Assembly: GCA_947624855.1 (NCBI GenBank)
Contig: CANQMC010000001.1
Coordinates: forward strand, 1 to 32,874
Reading direction: 5' to 3'
DNA length: 32,874 nucleotides
From: an uncultured Bacilli bacterium
GTDB taxonomy: Bacteria; Bacillota_I; Bacilli_A; RF39; UBA660
Shown piece after piece: positions 28,376 through 32,874 of the stretch (its first letter is position 1; each line of letters starts with the position of its first letter). The position numbers were made by a program, and so were the translations under genes. The notes below the pieces were generated by a model, which did not search any database, was not told the origin of the DNA, and was given only the letters and a program-made list of their open reading frames with translations.

Positions 28376-29845
28376 CTAAAAATCGTCTTTATTTAATAAT
28401 TTATTTGTTATAAAATAACCACTTTTAATTGCATTATCAGCTCCATTTCCAAACAAAGAAGAACCACCCACAAAACTTATATTTGGATCTTTTTCATCTT
28501 CATAAGAAACTAATCTATTAATTGAATTATCATAACCTTTTCGCATATAACCATACATACTACCATTAATATTATTAGTTAATTTTTCAAAAGCAAATGG
28601 AGTTACAATTTCTATTTCTTCAATATATGCTTTAAGTTCAATATTAAAATATCTTTCAAATTGTTCAATTAAATTATTAGCTAAATCTTCTTTTAATTTA
28701 TGATAATTACTTTTATTAACTTTAGCCCAAGCATCTCCATAATAATCAGTTTTTAAAACCATAATTGTTGTATTTTTAGGACTAACATCTTCATTAACAA
28801 CATTAGGCACGATTGCTTCAAATGTTGAATGATAAAAACTATTCATAGATTTAATATTTATAATACTATTTAAATTATTAAAATTATAATATTTATAATG
28901 TTTTAAACCTAAAGTTTTACAATCTTTATTTAAACCTAAATAAACAACTAAAGAATTAGCTCCAATCGTTCTTGCATTTTCAAGTTTATTTATTTCTGGA
29001 GTAGCTTTTAATAAATCTTTATAAACATATCTTGGCATTAAATCACAAATTAAATGTTTACATTTATATTCTTTTTGATCTTTAGTTTCTACTAAAACAT
29101 AATCTTTATTTTTATTAATATTAACAACTTCTGCATTAAATATTATTTTACCATGTTTATCTCGATATTTATTTACCATATTAAAAATTAATTCCATATT
29201 TTTAATATTTAAAACTACTCTTTTTTTAAATATTATTTTATACATAAACTCAGCATAATCAATAAAACTAAGTTTATTTAAAGGACTACCTAATTGAATC
29301 CATAAAAAACTTAAATAAGGAATTATTTCTTTAGAAATACCTATATCTATTAAAGCATCATAAGCATTAGTATCTAAATACTTTAAAAAATATTCATTTT
29401 TAACTTTAACTCCCTTTTCAATTTCTAAAATACTATCATGTATTTCTTTAATTACTTTTAAAAATTTTTTCAAATTAGTAATTGAACCTGGTTTTAAATG
29501 TTCTAAATAAATAAAGAAATCTTCAATATTACCTTTTATTTCATAAGGTTTTTTTAAATCTAATGCATTTATTAAAGCATTAAAAGGAACTACTTCACCA
29601 TCTATACTAAGATCATATTCATTAAAAATATTTTGAAGTTCTCCAATATGTTCTGAATTACCATAGTTATATAAATCATAAAGGGCTGTATCAAATTCAA
29701 ATCTTCCTTTTTTAAAAGTCGTAGTGGCTCCTCCTGGTAAACTATTTTTTTCTAAAATTAATACTTTTTTAGAATTTAAAGTTAAATTTAAACCGGCACT
29801 TAATCCTCCAAGTCCTGAACCAATAATAATATAATCATAAATCAT
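28376..29845 (-). CDS. NAD(P)/FAD-dependent oxidoreductase, phytoene-desaturase (CrtI)-like family
   Basis: N-terminal Rossmann motif DYIIIGSGLGGLSAG...LILEKNSLPGG and size about 490 aa. Its start is 2 nt from the xfp stop. Confidence 0.7.
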   Translation of the reverse strand: MIYDYIIIGSGLGGLSAGLNLTLNSKKVLILEKNSLPGGATTTFKKGRFEFDTALYDLYNYGNSEHIGELQNIFNEYDLSIDGEVVPFNALINALDLKKPYEIKGNIEDFFIYLEHLKPGSITNLKKFLKVIKEIHDSILEIEKGVKVKNEYFLKYLDTNAYDALIDIGISKEIIPYLSFLWIQLGSPLNKLSFIDYAEFMYKIIFKKRVVLNIKNMELIFNMVNKYRDKHGKIIFNAEVVNINKNKDYVLVETKDQKEYKCKHLICDLMPRYVYKDLLKATPEINKLENARTIGANSLVVYLGLNKDCKTLGLKHYKYYNFNNLNSIINIKSMNSFYHSTFEAIVPNVVNEDVSPKNTTIMVLKTDYYGDAWAKVNKSNYHKLKEDLANNLIEQFERYFNIELKAYIEEIEIVTPFAFEKLTNNINGSMYGYMRKGYDNSINRLVSYEDEKDPNISFVGGSSLFGNGADNAIKSGYFITNKLLNKDDF

Positions 29846-29847
29846 GT

Positions 29848-32187
29848 TTATTCTCCTCTCTCATTAAATACATAATTAGTTATCTCTGGCATATCAACAC
29901 CATATTCTTTTATATATTCTTTATGTTTTTTTAACATATTATCACAATAAATATTTAATTCATTAACTGTTACATTAGAAATATTTAAATGTTTTAAAGC
30001 TAATTTTACTAAACTAAAACGATCAATTCCATTTAAAACTCGCATATCAAAGGAAGTTGTTATTGCACCTTCTTCAATATATCCTCTTACATGAAGATTT
30101 TTATTTGTTCTTTTATATGTTAATTCATGAATTAAATTTGGATAACCATGAAAAGCAAATATAATTGGTTTATCTTTTGTAAACAAATTATCATATTCTA
30201 AATCCGTTAAACCATGAGGATGTTTATCATAACTTACAAGTTTCATTAAATCTACAACATTGATTACTCTAATTTTAAGATATGGTAACCATTTTCTTAA
30301 AATTTCGGAAGCTGCTATAATCTCTAAATTAGGAGTATCACCAGCACTAGCTAAAACTAAATCGACACCATCTTGATCATTACTAGCAAAATCTAATACG
30401 CCTAAACCATTTTTAGTATGTTTTAAAGCTTGCTCTTTATTTAACCATTGTAATGTTTGATGTTTACTTGCTACTACGACATTTATATAATCTTTAGTTT
30501 GACTTATATGATTAAAAGTTGATAATAAAGTATTAGTATCTATTGGTAAATATATTCTAACAATATCCGCTTTTTTAGTAATAATATGATTTAAAAATCC
30601 TGGATCTTGATGAGTATATCCATTATGATCTTGTTGCCAAACATGACTAGTTAAAATAATATTTAAACTAGAAATTGGAACTCTCCAAGAAAGCTCTTTA
30701 GAAACTTTAAGCCATTTAGCATGTTGCGATACCATACTATCAATTATTCGACTAAATGATTCATAAGTATGAATAAAGCCATGTCTACCAGTAAGTAAAT
30801 ATCCTTCTAACATCCCTTCACAAGCATGTTCTGATAAAATAGTATCAATTATTGCTCCATCTGTATTTAACTTATCGTCATCTTTTATCATTTCTCCATT
30901 CCATTTACGATTAGTTACTTCAAATACATGATTTAATCTATTTGATAAAGCTTCATCTGGACCAAATATTCGATAATTATTTTTATTTAATTTAATTATA
31001 TCTCTTATAAAATAAGATAATTCTGTCATATCACTTAATTTAATTTTACCAGGTTCATATATATCAACTAAATAATTATCTAACTCTGGCATCACTAATT
31101 CTTGTAAAAGTAATCCTCCGTTAGCGTGTTTATTAGCGCCCATTTTATTTAAAGGTATTAATTCTTGTAAACCTTTTTTCAAAGTCCCATTAGCATCAAA
31201 TATTTCATTTATTCGATAACTCTTTAACCAATTTTCTAATATTTCAATATTATCTAAATGATCTTTATCTATATTAAGAGGTACTTGATGAGATCTAAAA
31301 GTTCCTTCAATTATTTTTTCTTCAACTATTTTAGGTCCAGTCCAACCTTTAGGAGTTTCTAAAATAATCATTGGCCAAATAGGTCTCATATTATCTATAA
31401 GTTTTATTTCTTTAATCTTTTTAACAATTAATTCTAAAGCATCAGCCATGTCTTCATGAATTTGAGTCATATTCTCATATTTAACATATATTGGTTCATA
31501 ACCTAAACCTTTAAAATAACTAAATAACTCATCTTTAGGTATTCGAGCTAAAATACTAGGATTAGCTATTTTATAACCATTTAAATGTAATATAGGAATA
31601 ACTACTCCATCATTTTTAGGATTAATAAATTTATTTAATTGCCAACTAGCCGCTAGAGGTCCCGTTTCAGCTTCACCATCACCAATAATACAACAAGCCC
31701 ACAAATCTGGATTATCTAAAACAGCCCCATAAGCATGAGCAAGACTATATCCAAGTTCCCCACCTTCATTAATACTTCCTGGAATTTCTGGAGCAACATG
31801 ACTTGAAGTTCCCCCTGGAAAACTAAATCTTTTAATTAATTTTTTTAAACCTTCTTCATCATAAGTTATATCTGGATAATATTTACTATAAGTTCCTTCC
31901 AAATAAACATTAGAATAACAAGCTCCTCCCCCATGACCAGGTCCACTTATAAAAATCATATTTAAATCATATTTTTTAATAATTCTATTTAGATGGACAT
32001 AGCAAAAATTTTGACCAGGTGTAGTTCCCCAATGGCCTACTAATTTAGATTTTATATGCTCATACTTTAAAGGTTCTTTTAATAATACATTATCTTTTAA
32101 ATATAATTCGGCTGCCGTTAAATAATTAGCTCCTCTAAAATAAGCATCTATTTTTTCAAGTTCTTGTGCATCTAATATTCTCTCCAT
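29848..32187 (-). CDS. xfp: Xylulose-5-phosphate/fructose-6-phosphate phosphoketolase (ThDP-dependent)
   Basis: 779 aa. Diagnostic segments: VGHWGTTPGQNF, GPGHGG, EGGELGYSL, GDGEAETGPLA and SHVWQQDHNGYTHQDPGF. Confidence 0.93.
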   Translation of the reverse strand: MERILDAQELEKIDAYFRGANYLTAAELYLKDNVLLKEPLKYEHIKSKLVGHWGTTPGQNFCYVHLNRIIKKYDLNMIFISGPGHGGGACYSNVYLEGTYSKYYPDITYDEEGLKKLIKRFSFPGGTSSHVAPEIPGSINEGGELGYSLAHAYGAVLDNPDLWACCIIGDGEAETGPLAASWQLNKFINPKNDGVVIPILHLNGYKIANPSILARIPKDELFSYFKGLGYEPIYVKYENMTQIHEDMADALELIVKKIKEIKLIDNMRPIWPMIILETPKGWTGPKIVEEKIIEGTFRSHQVPLNIDKDHLDNIEILENWLKSYRINEIFDANGTLKKGLQELIPLNKMGANKHANGGLLLQELVMPELDNYLVDIYEPGKIKLSDMTELSYFIRDIIKLNKNNYRIFGPDEALSNRLNHVFEVTNRKWNGEMIKDDDKLNTDGAIIDTILSEHACEGMLEGYLLTGRHGFIHTYESFSRIIDSMVSQHAKWLKVSKELSWRVPISSLNIILTSHVWQQDHNGYTHQDPGFLNHIITKKADIVRIYLPIDTNTLLSTFNHISQTKDYINVVVASKHQTLQWLNKEQALKHTKNGLGVLDFASNDQDGVDLVLASAGDTPNLEIIAASEILRKWLPYLKIRVINVVDLMKLVSYDKHPHGLTDLEYDNLFTKDKPIIFAFHGYPNLIHELTYKRTNKNLHVRGYIEEGAITTSFDMRVLNGIDRFSLVKLALKHLNISNVTVNELNIYCDNMLKKHKEYIKEYGVDMPEITNYVFNERGE

Positions 32188-32210
32188 CTAATATCACTCT
32201 ACCCTATATA

Positions 32211-32239
32211 ATTATAACAAAATCTAAAAAATAATACAA
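32211..32239 (-). promoter_or_regulatory. Sigma-A-type promoter candidate for the xfp operon
   Basis: On the minus strand: TTGTAT (32239-34), 17-nt spacer ending in TGT (extended -10), TATAAT (32216-11). Confidence 0.45.
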
Positions 32240-32294
32240 TAACAATTATATCATTTATTACCCTATATATTTTACAAATAATTTATTTAAATAC

Positions 32295-32323
32295 TTTACA
32301 AAATAAATTTAAAGTGATATTAT
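32295..32323 (+). promoter_or_regulatory. Sigma-A-type promoter candidate for a short plus-strand RNA
   Basis: TTTACA (32295-300), 17 nt, TATTAT (32318-23). Confidence 0.4.
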
Positions 32324-32329
32324 TAATTT

Positions 32330-32397
32330 AAGCAAGGTACTTATCTAGTACTTGCCCTTAGTGCAAGCACATATCCGTTGGATATAGTGCTTTTTTT
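32330..32397 (+). ncRNA. Candidate small RNA of about 70 nt (putative type I antitoxin)
   Basis: Bounded by the promoter above and an intrinsic terminator: AGCACATATCC - GTT - GGATATAGTGCT followed by TTTTTTT (32391-97). It has an additional 5' hairpin, GCAAGGTAC/GTACTTGC. It is convergent with the small hydrophobic ORF, ending 30 nt from that ORF's stop. Confidence 0.35.
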
Positions 32398-32426
32398 ATT
32401 TTACCAAAACCCCCTGATGGATTAAC

Positions 32427-32519
32427 CTAAGCTAATCCAAAGATAATTAATAAAATAATTATCATTATAAGTATAAATATTAATATATCTTGTAACAAGA
32501 TAATCATACTTTTACTCAT
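32427..32519 (-). CDS. Small hydrophobic peptide (30 aa, MSKSMIILLQDILIFILIMIIILLIIFGLA), type I toxin-like
   Basis: Hand-translated ORF that is not in the supplied track. AAAGGAG lies 7-8 nt upstream of the ATG at 32519. It forms a single TM-like segment and ends at a TAG at 32427-29. Confidence 0.45.
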   Translation of the reverse strand: MSKSMIILLQDILIFILIMIIILLIIFGLA

Positions 32520-32780
32520 ATTGACCACTCCTTTACTAATCAGATTAATAAATAAGTGGCAAGCACTATAGATTTCCCTTGCATAAAGAAAGATATCACA
32601 CAAAAAACATTTTGGTCAAGCAAAAAATTAATTTGACCACACTTTTTCAAGATTAGCGACTAAAACCAACAAAATATGACATTTAAAACATATAAAAAGA
32701 ACAACAATAAATAAAAGTTGTTCTATTCTTGCCTCTTATGACCGGACACTTTTTGTTTCAGTATTTTAGGGTATAAAAAT

Positions 32781-32817
32781 ACAAGCATAGTATTTTGCTT
32801 CTTATGCTTGTTTTTTT
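32781..32817 (+). terminator. Orphan intrinsic terminator-like hairpin
   Basis: ACAAGCATA (32781-89) pairs with TATGCTTGT (32803-11), followed by TTTTTT and preceded by AAAAA. There is no CDS upstream on either strand within about 250 nt. Confidence 0.4.
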
Positions 32818-32820
32818 CAA

Positions 32821-32849
32821 TTGATTTTGCAATCACTTTTTGTTATACT
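32821..32849 (+). promoter_or_regulatory. Sigma-A-type promoter pointing out of the window
   Basis: TTGATT (32821-26), 17 nt, TATACT (32844-49). Confidence 0.5.
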
Positions 32850-32874
32850 TTTTTTATAATAAACATAGAAAGTT

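Noticed and set aside
1-32874. Alternative genetic code (Mollicutes-style TGA=Trp), given the very low GC
   Set aside because: All large conserved proteins (RpoB, RpoC, ParE, GlyQS, Xfp) are full length under the standard code, without TGA interruptions.
1-32874. CRISPR arrays, transposases, prophage genes or known defence-system genes
   Set aside because: I noticed no regularly spaced repeats and no recognisable Cas, transposase, integrase, restriction-modification or phage structural proteins in any frame of the ORF track.

Overview
This is a very AT-rich chromosomal segment from a low-GC Firmicute that looks like a Bacilli/Erysipelotrichia-type spore-former. It uses the standard genetic code, since RpoB and RpoC read full length with no in-frame TGA. 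Most of the window is housekeeping on the minus strand: parE, a B. subtilis-type dnaB-dnaI operon, glyQS behind a T-box leader, and a methyltransferase-rpoB-rpoC operon. It also holds a stand-alone elongator tRNA-Met, scattered sporulation genes (cotY/cotZ-like, spoIIIAH-like, gerE, gerM-like), three XRE-family regulators (two membrane-tethered), and a phosphoketolase operon with two flavin oxidoreductases. I saw no CRISPR array, transposase, integrase or rRNA. The stand-out signal is in a small accessory insert between rpoC and glyQS (about 9656-12575). There, a membrane-anchored surface protein has a C-terminal DUF1566/C-type-lectin-like module encoded by an abrupt 111-nt patch (9743-9853, minus strand). 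The patch is GC-rich, adenine-poor and rich in NNC codons, and a 1-nt frameshift sits exactly at its 5' edge. I read this as an orphan variable region of a diversity-generating retroelement (DGR) whose template repeat and reverse transcriptase lie outside the window; this is an inference I cannot confirm here. A second candidate is a type I toxin-antitoxin-like module at 32295-32519: a 30-aa hydrophobic peptide ORF convergent with a promoter- and terminator-bounded sRNA of about 70 nt. Several ORF-track starts were trimmed to the first start codon with a good Shine-Dalgarno sequence.
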